DNA from: Bacilli bacterium | Lineage (GTDB): Bacteria > Bacillota_I > Bacilli_A > RFN20 > CAG-288 | DNA: 63,425 nt | Assembly (NCBI GenBank): GCA_041670225.1 | Contig: JBAXZU010000001.1 | Location: 1-63,425 of the forward strand | Direction of reading: 5' to 3' | Shown here: in pieces, positions 30,434 through 40,185 of the stretch | Layout of the letters: every line of letters begins with the position of its first letter | Position numbering within the stretch: the stretch's first letter is position 1 | Notes under the pieces: model-generated | What the model was told of the DNA's origin: nothing | Databases searched by the model: none | The model's input: the letters and a program-made list of their open reading frames with translations, nothing else | Position numbers and translations under genes: made by a program

Positions 30434-31210
30434 CTACTTGTTATCATCCATGAAGGAGGAAGAAAGTGAGGAATAGGAAGAATCATTGGATGTCGGATTA
30501 TTAATTGATGAATCATTGACGGAGGTATTCTTAGAAATCTGGGAGTAATCAATGTAGAATTCTTTTTCTTTATTCATATTAACATAGACAGCAATTCGGT
30601 CACCAGGAGCAATATTTGATAAGTCATCAAAGATATTCGGTGATTTATAGGTGGCACCAACGGAATTCTTGGCAATAATGACAAAGGGATTGATTCTATT
30701 GACAGCGATTCTGGTGTTGACATAGATCTGGTCAACTGTGCACCAAATCATTCTTCCGGTTGATTTCAGTCTCTTCTTTTTCGATTCCGAAATTAAGAGA
30801 GTTATCAGCATTGAGCCGCCAATCAAGATAAAGAGAACACCAATTCCTCCGAAGACACCAATCAGAATGAATTCACCACCCTGGGCTTTGACATGATAGG
30901 GATTTGCGGTTTCATAAAGAATAGTTATTTCTTTTCCGATATAATCAGTTGAAGAATAATAACTGAGAGTTACTATATATTCTTTATCATCAACAGTGAA
31001 AGAAATCTGTTCTCTGGTTTCATCAGAATTGATATCAATGATCTGAGCGGTTGTTTCCGTGGATATATTCTTGAATGCAAGGTAATTATAGCCTTGATAG
31101 CCAGCAAAAAACCCGGTAGCCAGACCAATAATCAGAAAAACAAGAGGCATAAATATTGCGGTGAATTTACTGATCTTTCCAGTATGGGTGTAGGAGTTAG
31201 AATGTGTCAT
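30434..31210 (-). CDS. hypothetical membrane protein (two TM-flanked beta-rich modules)
   Basis: 258 aa. TM segments near aa 15-40 and 115-140. Ser/Asn-rich tail. Confidence 0.5.
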   Translation of the reverse strand: MTHSNSYTHTGKISKFTAIFMPLVFLIIGLATGFFAGYQGYNYLAFKNISTETTAQIIDINSDETREQISFTVDDKEYIVTLSYYSSTDYIGKEITILYETANPYHVKAQGGEFILIGVFGGIGVLFILIGGSMLITLLISESKKKRLKSTGRMIWCTVDQIYVNTRIAVNRINPFVIIAKNSVGATYKSPNIFDDLSNIAPGDRIAVYVNMNKEKEFYIDYSQISKNTSVNDSSINNPTSNDSSYSSLSSSFMDDNK

Positions 31211-31405
31211 GTGGGATTCTCTTTTCTTTCTGATTTTTTTAAAATCAAATAATGTCTATATCATACTTTTAACGGATAATGTTTGCAATTCTAATAGTAG
31301 GTAATCATTAAAAAATTTTCTTTTTTAATCAGAGATTAAAGAAATTTTATATTTAAAAATGAAATAAAAATTACTGGTGTGCTATATAATATTTCCGGTG
31401 ATTAT

Positions 31406-31894
31406 ATGAATAAAATGATAAATAAAATTAAAGACAATCTGAAAAAGAAAGAGAATCTTCCGTTCTATCTGGTTTCATTAATAGGATTATTGATGATTCT
31501 GCTTTCTTTTATTCCTTATTTTAAAACCAGCTTTAACTCAAACCTTTCCTATCTGATGGGATTCCATTCATTAGCCTATTTGGCTGATCAGGCTGATATG
31601 CTCTATTATGAAGGGGTGATGTTTATGTTCTGGCTTTTTATTGCTATAGCTTATTTGATTATCGGAATTGTTTTCTTATTCTATACTTCAGAAGCCTTAA
31701 TCAAAAGAGTGAGTATTCTAGTCTTAGTTCTTTCCTTGCTTCAGGCAGTTGCTTCTTCATTGATTCTTTATTTCACTTTAAGTACATCGACAAATGTTCA
31801 GCCTTATTGTGGAATCTATATTTCTTTAGTCGTTACCTCGCTGCTGTTTTTATCTATTGTCTTTTGTTTTATTAAAATTAAATTAAAAAAATAG
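31406..31894 (+). CDS. hypothetical membrane protein
   Basis: The track ORF begins at a GTG (31379). The first ATG at 31406 is preferred. Four hydrophobic segments. Confidence 0.45.
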   Translation: MNKMINKIKDNLKKKENLPFYLVSLIGLLMILLSFIPYFKTSFNSNLSYLMGFHSLAYLADQADMLYYEGVMFMFWLFIAIAYLIIGIVFLFYTSEALIKRVSILVLVLSLLQAVASSLILYFTLSTSTNVQPYCGIYISLVVTSLLFLSIVFCFIKIKLKK

Positions 31895-31950
31895 TTATGA
31901 ATTAGATCATAACTATCATTAACAATTTTAGTATTTGAATTTTAATTGGA

Positions 31951-32724
31951 TTATTTATCACGTTCGATAACGGAGTTATAGATAGCTTTTCCTTTAGAAA
32001 GTGATTCTTTATTAGTTGTCAGATTACAGGCTAACGAACTAAGGGAAAGCAGCATTCCGGATTTATCAATGGTGATTTCCTCATCAGTGTATCCTTCTTC
32101 CGTATCAGTCTTGAAGAGCTGATGATAAATGGAGTAAACCAAAGTGTCATCTTTTAATGACATGAACTGATAGTATTTAAGTCGGGTGGAAAGGAAATCA
32201 CCATAATAAAGACCGTCAGAAACAACTGAATAGCTTTCAGTCCGATAAAAGGCCTTGGTTGAATGATCAAGAAGCTCGATGGCTGAGAGAACGGTTTTAT
32301 TATTATAGACACAGAGAGGTCCCTCAAGACTTTCACTGTCATAACCATGCTTTGTAACTTCATAGACAAAGGAGCTATCCTCTTCACTGAAATAGCAGTA
32401 GGCAGTGGCATCAGCTAAATAGAGATTGCTTTCTTCATCAAAAACAGATAGTTCACCGGTAAAAATATCTTTGACTTTTGAATAATAATCATCGGTATCA
32501 GTTCTATCAACTTTGATTTCCAGGCTCAGAGTTCCGTAGACTGTTGATTCGTCAGAATAATTATAAAGAGAGGAAGTATACTCGGCACTGATGGTTTTTA
32601 TCTCAGTTAAGCAGTTATCAAGATTCATGGAACTGACAAAAGACCGGATGTCTTCAGGAACGGAAGAAGAACATCCGGCAAGTAAAGCGATTATTGAAAA
32701 TAGTATCTGTGGTTTCTTTTTCAT
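31951..32724 (-). CDS. putative lipoprotein
   Basis: 257 aa. Signal peptide with lipobox LLAGCSS. Confidence 0.6.
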   Translation of the reverse strand: MKKKPQILFSIIALLAGCSSSVPEDIRSFVSSMNLDNCLTEIKTISAEYTSSLYNYSDESTVYGTLSLEIKVDRTDTDDYYSKVKDIFTGELSVFDEESNLYLADATAYCYFSEEDSSFVYEVTKHGYDSESLEGPLCVYNNKTVLSAIELLDHSTKAFYRTESYSVVSDGLYYGDFLSTRLKYYQFMSLKDDTLVYSIYHQLFKTDTEEGYTDEEITIDKSGMLLSLSSLACNLTTNKESLSKGKAIYNSVIERDK

Positions 32725-33407
32725 TAAATGGAATAAGTGAATGTGCTAGTAACATCGACTCTCTTATCTCCGGAAGTTCCGGGAATATAGACCCGTTCGT
32801 TAGTCAGCAATCCCTCATTATTATAGCGTAGAGTGATGTTGAAACGTCCATAAAGTTCGACTGAATCATAATTATCTCCGGTTAGTTCCGTGGAATAAGT
32901 GAGAACAGAATAGAAAGCTATTGATTTTGACAGGCCTTCACAGAAGAAGACTAGATCATCGCCATCTTTTTTGAACTGAAGAACGGTATTGGGATCATTT
33001 TCGCCGGTCAGTTTAGTTTTTATTCGGTAATAGTTATAGTTGGTCTGATCATCGGAACAGATGTTGGCGGGAAGAAAACTGGTTTCGGAGATTCTTAACG
33101 GAATACGGAGAATCTTACTGCGGTTAGCCAGATTATTGGCTAAATCATCGCTGGGGATGGATTTCTTAGAAAATTCCTGAAATTTATTGAAAGACTGAAT
33201 CTGTCCTTCAATAGAAGTTTCAAAAGAAGAAGTAGAAACTTCAGCAAGATTTTTAACTGCCTCCAGCGAATCTTTCAATGACTTGGTTTCGGTATAAGAA
33301 CAGATTAAAGTGCTGTCCTCATCATAAACCGGAATTATCGGATCACTGGCTGAACAGGAAGCTAAGAGAAGAACGGGCAGGAAATAGAGAAGGGATTTCT
33401 TTTTCAT
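32724..33407 (-). CDS. putative lipoprotein
   Basis: 227 aa. Signal peptide with lipobox LLASCSAS. Its stop overlaps the start of the next lipoprotein gene. Confidence 0.6.
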   Translation of the reverse strand: MKKKSLLYFLPVLLLASCSASDPIIPVYDEDSTLICSYTETKSLKDSLEAVKNLAEVSTSSFETSIEGQIQSFNKFQEFSKKSIPSDDLANNLANRSKILRIPLRISETSFLPANICSDDQTNYNYYRIKTKLTGENDPNTVLQFKKDGDDLVFFCEGLSKSIAFYSVLTYSTELTGDNYDSVELYGRFNITLRYNNEGLLTNERVYIPGTSGDKRVDVTSTFTYSI

Positions 33408-33420
33408 TGTTTCACCCTCC

Positions 33421-35967
33421 TTAATACAAACGGATGTTCATTCCCTTTTCAGTTATCTGACTGCGGGAAATATCAAATTCGATTCTTACTTCTTTGCCAA
33501 TCTCCATATGGGAAGTGTTAGCAAGGTAGAAATACTTCTTTTCATTGTTTTCCAGGAAGCTAAGTTTGGTATAGATGAGATTGCCGTAATCTAAGTTATC
33601 TTCAATCTTACAGACTAAAGCATTGGACTTATCAGAAAGCTTATAAGCATCATGAGGCATATCAATACGGAAGTCTTTAGTGAAGACTCTGGTTCCCAAA
33701 CCCTGGATGAGTTTGTTGGAAATGATATCGCTAGCCATGGAGTAATAGTTGCCGCTGATATTGAAGAAGAAGACTAAACCGGCTCTTTCCATTGCATTCT
33801 TCCGGTCAGCATTAAGAATTCTCATGTTTTCTTCATGAGCTTTGGTGATTTGCTGCAAAGGATTGATAGCTTTCTTATAGTTAGCCTTGTTTTCAGCATT
33901 TTCCTTCTTGATTAAAGTGATTTCACGTCGGGCTTTTCCGCTCTGAGCAGAGATTCTGGATTCAAAGTCCATAGTAATCTTTCCTAAAGCACGGTTGAAA
34001 GTATTTTCCTTGTCAGAGGTGAAGTTATCCAGGAACATATGATATTCATCACTTCTTCTCTTTAAGGAATCAGGATCAGTATTGTTGGCTTTGAAAGACT
34101 GGAATTCAGCTTTTTCTTTCTCTTTCTTATCATGGAAGAGATCATCGTTAGCTTTCTTTGCATCAGCTTTAGCTTTTTTGAATTCAGCTTTATACTGAGC
34201 AAGGAGAGTCTTAGATTCTTTTTTGATTTCAGCAATCTTTTCCTGGTTAACCTTAATAGTCTGATTAAGCTTTTCCAGATTCTTCTGCTTTTCTTCTTCC
34301 GAAAGATCTTGGACAGCCAGACGGTTCTTCTCGTATTCCTGATTCTCTAAAAGAATCTTAGCATCAATGAACTGCTTGGCAGAATCAATCTTGTCCTGAC
34401 GGAAGCTGACAAATTCCGGATCATTGACTTTGGAGATGACTGTTGGATAGTTATAGAAGATACCATCAAAGGAATCAAGGCTGTTCAAAGGTTCAAAGAT
34501 ATTGACACCATCCTTGAGTAAGGTGAGTCTGGTGAAATCCAGAGCAACATGGACTTCAGTGTTAGCTTCATAGGGCTTATCTGAAAGACAGAAGAAGATA
34601 CGGTCCTGAGCCAGTAAATGGATAAGGAATCTCTTAGAAATCTTCTCACTCTCGACAACAGTGGCTTTTAAGCCTTTTTCGGCAATAGAAAGTGAGTCAG
34701 TTGGAATTCTTAATTCACAGCCATCAATATCATCTGTCTTAAGAACGGGTGGTAAAAGAACCTCGTTTCCGAGAATATTGATAAAGTTGTTTTTGATTGA
34801 AGCAGTGATTGAATTGAAGTCCGGAATTCTAGGAACAATAGTATCTTCGGTCTTGCTGTCAAAGAAATAAGTCTTAGCCATATTGATTTTGGCATAGACA
34901 ATATCACCAGGATGAAGCTTGCCGACATCCTTGACTTTGATGATGATATTTCCGTCGTTATTAGCAGAAATATCTTCGTTTTCTAAATCAAGTGAACCAT
35001 AAATAAGGCATTCACTGCCTAATTCCTCAAAGTGGGAAATCTTCAGCTTTAAGGCACTTTCATCAGTTTCATCACTCAGTGAAATGTTTTCACATCTGAC
35101 ACCCATAGCGATGTTGTGCTTTCCGTCAAAATATTCAGGAAGGACTTTAATGAGCTGGTTATAGTCGACTGCTAAAACCTTATTGGCTTTAGGAATACTG
35201 ACTTTGACAGTCTGGTCTTCTTTTAAAAGAGTGACGGCAAAGAAGTTCATCTGCGGAGTTCCGATGAAGCCGGCGACAAACTTGTTGGCTGGGTGATTGT
35301 AAAGATTCTTTGGGGTATCGACCTGTTGGATTCTTCCGCCTTTCATAACGACAACTCTGTCACCTAAAGTCATAGCTTCAATCTGGTCATGAGTGACATA
35401 GATGAAGGTGGTCTTCAGTTTCTGGTGAAGCTTAGCAATTTCGGTTCTCATCTGTGTTCTGAGCTTGGCATCGAGATTACTTAAAGGTTCATCCAAAAGC
35501 ATAACTTTCGGATCTCGGAGGATTGAACGGCCTAAGGCAACTCTCTGTCTTTGACCACCACTCATAGCCTTTGGTTTTCTGTCAAGATAATCGGTGATGC
35601 CAAGAATGTTGGCAGCCCAAAGGACTTTCTCCTGGATTTCATCAGCTGGGACATGTCTCAGCTGGAGACCAAAAGCCATATTTTCATAGACAGTCATATG
35701 AGGATAAAGGGCATAGTTCTGGAAAACCATGGCGATATCCCTGTCTTTCGGTTCAACATCATTGACAATCTGGTTATCAATGTATAATTCACCGGCAGTG
35801 ATATCCTCAAGTCCGGCAATCATACGCAAGGTTGTGGATTTTCCGCATCCGGAAGGACCTACAAAGACGATGAATTCACCATTGATAATATCAAGTGAAA
35901 TATCGTTGACGGCTTTGGTTCCGTTAGGATAGACTTTGTAGATATGTTCTAATTTAAGATTGGCCAT
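33421..35967 (-). CDS. sugar ABC transporter ATP-binding protein (MalK/MsmK/UgpC-like) with about 470-aa C-terminal extension
   Basis: Walker A GPSGCGKST, signature SGGQRQR, Walker B LLDEPLS, then a TOBE-like region ending near aa 378. A further 470 aa include a Lys/Glu coiled-coil and TOBE-like segments. Confidence 0.9.
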   Translation of the reverse strand: MANLKLEHIYKVYPNGTKAVNDISLDIINGEFIVFVGPSGCGKSTTLRMIAGLEDITAGELYIDNQIVNDVEPKDRDIAMVFQNYALYPHMTVYENMAFGLQLRHVPADEIQEKVLWAANILGITDYLDRKPKAMSGGQRQRVALGRSILRDPKVMLLDEPLSNLDAKLRTQMRTEIAKLHQKLKTTFIYVTHDQIEAMTLGDRVVVMKGGRIQQVDTPKNLYNHPANKFVAGFIGTPQMNFFAVTLLKEDQTVKVSIPKANKVLAVDYNQLIKVLPEYFDGKHNIAMGVRCENISLSDETDESALKLKISHFEELGSECLIYGSLDLENEDISANNDGNIIIKVKDVGKLHPGDIVYAKINMAKTYFFDSKTEDTIVPRIPDFNSITASIKNNFINILGNEVLLPPVLKTDDIDGCELRIPTDSLSIAEKGLKATVVESEKISKRFLIHLLAQDRIFFCLSDKPYEANTEVHVALDFTRLTLLKDGVNIFEPLNSLDSFDGIFYNYPTVISKVNDPEFVSFRQDKIDSAKQFIDAKILLENQEYEKNRLAVQDLSEEEKQKNLEKLNQTIKVNQEKIAEIKKESKTLLAQYKAEFKKAKADAKKANDDLFHDKKEKEKAEFQSFKANNTDPDSLKRRSDEYHMFLDNFTSDKENTFNRALGKITMDFESRISAQSGKARREITLIKKENAENKANYKKAINPLQQITKAHEENMRILNADRKNAMERAGLVFFFNISGNYYSMASDIISNKLIQGLGTRVFTKDFRIDMPHDAYKLSDKSNALVCKIEDNLDYGNLIYTKLSFLENNEKKYFYLANTSHMEIGKEVRIEFDISRSQITEKGMNIRLY

Positions 35968-35985
35968 AATTATTTTTCCTTTCTA

Positions 35986-37614
35986 TCAGGCTAAGATGGC
36001 TATGCCATAGCTTGGTAAGGTCAGAGTATTTTCTTTTTCTGTTTCCTGGTTTTCGTCATTGACTTTCAGAACGGTTTTCACCTGTTTTGCTGAGAGGTCA
36101 TATTCATAGGAATCAGTGGGAGAGAAGTTGATGACAATAGTAATTGTCTCTTGATTATAAGTCTTGGTGAAGGAGAGGAGTGAGGAAGAAGAGGCATTCA
36201 CCTGACTATCCTGCGTATTGAGAACAAGTGTCCCCCGGCTGATAGCTGGGAAGGCATTACGGAGATTGTTGACTTTCTTAACATAATTAAGGATAGAACG
36301 AGGATCTTTTAGCTGGGTCTTACTGTCTGGGTAGCATTCAATCTGAGCCGTGGATCCGGCTGGATTTTTACATTCTCCTGTGTGAGTCTCATCATCCCAG
36401 AAGTAATGTGTGCGGTAATTAGCATCACCGCCGGAAGAGTTTTCCGAGGAGGACATGCCGATTTCGTCACCATAGTAGTTAAAGGTTGATCCGTTTAGCA
36501 TTCCCAGAACCCCTAACTGAATTTTGGTTTCGTAGATGTTTTTGGATTTGGTTATTCTTCCCATATCGTGATTATCGAGGAAGGGGGCTGGGATTTTTCC
36601 GTTGGCTGTTTCTATTAAGGTATTCAATCCTTTAAGGTAATTTTTCTTAAAGTCATTGATACTGGTCAGTAGGAAGGAATCAGGATAAGCTGAAGAACCG
36701 GGGAAATAGAAGAAGGAATCAGCATTGGAACGGTAGTAGGAAGCAATGGTTGCTTGGTCTTTGAAGCATTCTCCGACCACATAGCCATTGGGCTTACAAT
36801 CCTTAACCATCTTGGTTATTCGGTTGAGGACTTCAACATTCTTATCGGCATTATCAAGATAGTAGTAAGTGGTAGCATCCAGACGGAAGCCATCAATATC
36901 GGCTTCATTCATATAGTATTCAATTACTTCTTGGATTTTCTGGTAAGTCATTTCTTCATCAAAGTTGAGTTCCGGCATATTGGTGTCAAAGTTGCATTCA
37001 TAGTAGAAGTCATTGCCTCCGGCTTTAGCATATTTGTAAACCTTGGCATTCTTAACTTCTTCTAAGGAATCATAGAAGACATAGAGATTGGAGTAGTGTT
37101 TTTCTTCTTCTGTAATCTCTTCCTGTCTGATTTTCTTCTGATGAGCTAGTAGAGCGTTTTTGAACCAGGAACAGCTATACGATGTATGGTTGAAGACTCC
37201 GTCGAGAATAATCTTGATTCCCAGATTATGGGCATCGCTGACTAATTTCTTTAAGTCATCCATAGTTCCTAAGTCTTCATCAATAGTCAGGTAATCAATG
37301 GTGTCATAGCCATGATATGTTCCTGAATCGAAGATGGGGCTTAACCAAATTCCGGTATAACCTAAGTCTCGGATGTAATTCAGTTTCGAATCAATTCCCT
37401 TGAGGTCACCGATTTTGTCACCATTGGAATCGTAATAGGAAGAAACAAAGATCTGATAGAAGTTGCGGTAATTGTCATCAATGATATTTTCGGGAAGAAG
37501 ATCAATTTCCGTCTGAGCTGAGTCACTAATCTCATCGCTAAAAGATGAGGGAGAGTTGTTACATCCCATAAGCATAAGTGCGCTGAGCAATAAACAGGAA
37601 ATTAATTTCTTCAT
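35986..37614 (-). CDS. GH13 alpha-amylase-family lipoprotein
   Basis: Lipobox LMLMGCN. All four GH13 conserved regions present: DGVFNHT, DGFRLDA, VVGECF, FLDNHD. Confidence 0.9.
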   Translation of the reverse strand: MKKLISCLLLSALMLMGCNNSPSSFSDEISDSAQTEIDLLPENIIDDNYRNFYQIFVSSYYDSNGDKIGDLKGIDSKLNYIRDLGYTGIWLSPIFDSGTYHGYDTIDYLTIDEDLGTMDDLKKLVSDAHNLGIKIILDGVFNHTSYSCSWFKNALLAHQKKIRQEEITEEEKHYSNLYVFYDSLEEVKNAKVYKYAKAGGNDFYYECNFDTNMPELNFDEEMTYQKIQEVIEYYMNEADIDGFRLDATTYYYLDNADKNVEVLNRITKMVKDCKPNGYVVGECFKDQATIASYYRSNADSFFYFPGSSAYPDSFLLTSINDFKKNYLKGLNTLIETANGKIPAPFLDNHDMGRITKSKNIYETKIQLGVLGMLNGSTFNYYGDEIGMSSSENSSGGDANYRTHYFWDDETHTGECKNPAGSTAQIECYPDSKTQLKDPRSILNYVKKVNNLRNAFPAISRGTLVLNTQDSQVNASSSSLLSFTKTYNQETITIVINFSPTDSYEYDLSAKQVKTVLKVNDENQETEKENTLTLPSYGIAILA

Positions 37615-37619
37615 TTGAT

Positions 37620-38522
37620 TTAACCTTTGACGGCACCGCCAGTGATACCTTCGACATAGTATTTCTGAAGCCAGAAGAACAAAATAACAATCGGAATAGA
37701 GATAAAGACACCGCCGGCACAGAACATATTGAAGTACTGATTGATATACTGCTTGGCTAACATTGTCTGCATACCTACAGCTACAGTCATCATATCCAGA
37801 TTTCCGCCGGCTAAGTAGCTAGCCATCATGAAGTCGCCCCAGGGAGCAACAAAGGAAATCAAGGCAGTGTAGACAACAATCGGTTTACTTAATGGCATGA
37901 CGACTTTGAAGAAGATGGTGTTTTTGTTGGCTCCGTCAATCATAGCTGCTTCATCCAAAGATCGGGGAATAGTATCAAAGAAGCCTTTAGCAATGTAATA
38001 CTGCATAGCTGCCGAAGCAACATAGATAATAATCAGAGAATAGATGGAAGACTGAAGATTGAGAAGCTTTAAGATGAAGTAGATGATGATCATGGAAAGG
38101 AAGGAAGGGAACATACCTAAGAGAAGAATCATCTTCATCAAAGGTTTTCTCATTTTGAATCTCAGTCTTGAGAAAGCATAACTGGTTCCGAGAATGACAA
38201 TAGTCTGGAGGATAGTGGTGATAACGGCGATGACTAAGGTATTCAGATACCATTTCCAGAAAGGAAGAATCGGATCATTGAATAGACGAGCGTAATTGTC
38301 AAACGTCCAGCCAGGCTGACCAAGTTCGGGATGGATAAGCGGGAAGAAGTACTGGGTAGCATAAGAGGAAGCAAATGACTGACCAATGAGATAAACAAAA
38401 GGAATGAGCCAGATGATGGATATGAGGATTAAGAAGATGTAGACAAAGATATTTCGGGTTGTGATGGCACGCTTGTGGGAACGATAGTTCTTTTTAGCGT
38501 TTTGTTTGGTTAGAGCATTCAT
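37620..38522 (-). CDS. carbohydrate ABC transporter permease (MalG-like)
   Basis: 300 aa, 6 TM segments. EAA loop SLDEAAMIDGANKNTIFFKVVMP. Confidence 0.9.
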   Translation of the reverse strand: MNALTKQNAKKNYRSHKRAITTRNIFVYIFLILISIIWLIPFVYLIGQSFASSYATQYFFPLIHPELGQPGWTFDNYARLFNDPILPFWKWYLNTLVIAVITTILQTIVILGTSYAFSRLRFKMRKPLMKMILLLGMFPSFLSMIIIYFILKLLNLQSSIYSLIIIYVASAAMQYYIAKGFFDTIPRSLDEAAMIDGANKNTIFFKVVMPLSKPIVVYTALISFVAPWGDFMMASYLAGGNLDMMTVAVGMQTMLAKQYINQYFNMFCAGGVFISIPIVILFFWLQKYYVEGITGGAVKG

Positions 38523-40078
38523 TACTGGAATTCCTCCTCATTCTTGACGGAATTGGAGTTGTTATAGAAGATGAGAGAGAAGAAGGCGACAACCACGAAG
38601 ATAAGTAAGCCGATGACAGACGCAGTTCCATAATCCTTGGTAGGTGAAGAAACCGTCATCTTATACAGCCAGGTGATCAGTAAGTCAGTCTTTCCTAAAC
38701 CGGAAGAGATGACACTTAACGGAACACCGCTTCCTAAACCATAGATAGGGTTGCCACCAGACAAGAAGAAGATAACATTGAAGTTATTGATGTTACCGAC
38801 AAACTGAGAAATAAGGTAAGGAGTTGTAACAAATAACATGTAAGGAAGAGTAATCTTGAAGTACATCTTGATGGGAGAAGCTCCATCGATTCTGGCAGAT
38901 TCATACAGATCATCAGGGATGTTCATCAGTAATCCGGTGCAGATAAGCATGGTGTAGGGAATACCAATCCAGGTGTTGAGAACAACAATCATGACTTTGG
39001 CAATCCATTCATCGGATAAGAATCCGATATAGCCCTTAACCCAGCCTAACTGATTGAGCAGACCGTTGACAAAGCCGTTATCGGCAAACATCTTGGAGAC
39101 CAAAAGTAAGGAAATGAACTGAGGGACTGCAATAGTTGTAATTAGGATAGTTCTCCATAATTTCTTGAATTTGATGCCCTTGATATTGATAATCATGGCA
39201 ACAACCATTCCAATGAAATAGTTGGAGAAAGTGGCGAAGAAAGCCCAGCAGAGAGTCCAAAGCAGAACTTCCAGGAATACTTTGATAAAGTTTCCTCCGG
39301 AAGCCGCCGAGTTAGAGGAGAAGACACCGGCAAAGTTCTGGAATCCAACCCAGTCAATTAAGTTATCTGGGGTCAGATGGTTGTAGTTGTAGTCAGTGAA
39401 GGCAATCATTACCATCATGACAATAGGGATAATGGTGAAGATAACCAGTCCTCCGATAGGAATGAAGAGAAGAGTCTTGTCATAGCTTTTCTCAAAAACA
39501 TTCTTCAGGGTCTGAGTATCACTCATTCGCTTTCCGACATAACCCATTCTTTGCAGATTGAGACTGTCTTTCAGTTGGTTGTACCAAAGGAAGACCAAGG
39601 CTAAAAGCATGAAAATCATGATAACCGAGTAAAGAATGATGGTGAAGGAATTATCATTGACCAAAGTCAGCTGAATTTCTACTCCATCTTTAATTCCGGT
39701 GTATTTCAGGACACCCACGTTTCCCAAGTTTCCTAAGGACATAAAACTGGAAAGACCATAGCCGATAAAGAAAGCTATGGTGATTATTTCATAAATAAAA
39801 TAAAGAACACCTCTTGCAATCTGATGTCTGGTGACAAGACCGAAACCCATTAAAATAAATGAAAGACGGGTTTTGAAATCACCAAATTTCATTGCATCAA
39901 AGATGTTCTTAAAGATACCTGCTGTGTTTTTCTTTGTTGTTCGTGCCTGTTTAGGTACTTTTCGGAAAAAGCCGGCAACGGCATGTGGTATAGCTGTGAA
40001 GAAATGCGTGAATTTGTACAAAGCCCGTTGGGGTTTTGACAAAGAAAGGTATTCTAGTTGGTTATCTAAAGTTGCCAT
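38522..40078 (-). CDS. carbohydrate ABC transporter permease (MalF-like)
   Basis: 518 aa. EAA loop LYESARIDGASPIKMYFKITLP. Stop overlaps the MalG-like start. Confidence 0.88.
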   Translation of the reverse strand: MATLDNQLEYLSLSKPQRALYKFTHFFTAIPHAVAGFFRKVPKQARTTKKNTAGIFKNIFDAMKFGDFKTRLSFILMGFGLVTRHQIARGVLYFIYEIITIAFFIGYGLSSFMSLGNLGNVGVLKYTGIKDGVEIQLTLVNDNSFTIILYSVIMIFMLLALVFLWYNQLKDSLNLQRMGYVGKRMSDTQTLKNVFEKSYDKTLLFIPIGGLVIFTIIPIVMMVMIAFTDYNYNHLTPDNLIDWVGFQNFAGVFSSNSAASGGNFIKVFLEVLLWTLCWAFFATFSNYFIGMVVAMIINIKGIKFKKLWRTILITTIAVPQFISLLLVSKMFADNGFVNGLLNQLGWVKGYIGFLSDEWIAKVMIVVLNTWIGIPYTMLICTGLLMNIPDDLYESARIDGASPIKMYFKITLPYMLFVTTPYLISQFVGNINNFNVIFFLSGGNPIYGLGSGVPLSVISSGLGKTDLLITWLYKMTVSSPTKDYGTASVIGLLIFVVVAFFSLIFYNNSNSVKNEEEFQ

Positions 40079-40104
40079 AATTTCCTCCTTTTTTATGTAT
40101 TTTT

Positions 40105-40143
40105 AACCAAAAGCGTAGAACAGGCGATTTTCGCCTGTTCTAC
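40105..40143 (-). terminator. intra-operon stem-loop between the binding-protein and permease genes (attenuating terminator or mRNA stabiliser)
   Basis: Perfect 12-bp stem GTAGAACAGGCG / CGCCTGTTCTAC (40115-40126 and 40132-40143), followed on the minus strand by GCTTTTGG. Confidence 0.55.
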
Positions 40144-40185
40144 ATCAAAAGGTACTGCTAAAACGAATTGTGGATATTGTCAGTA

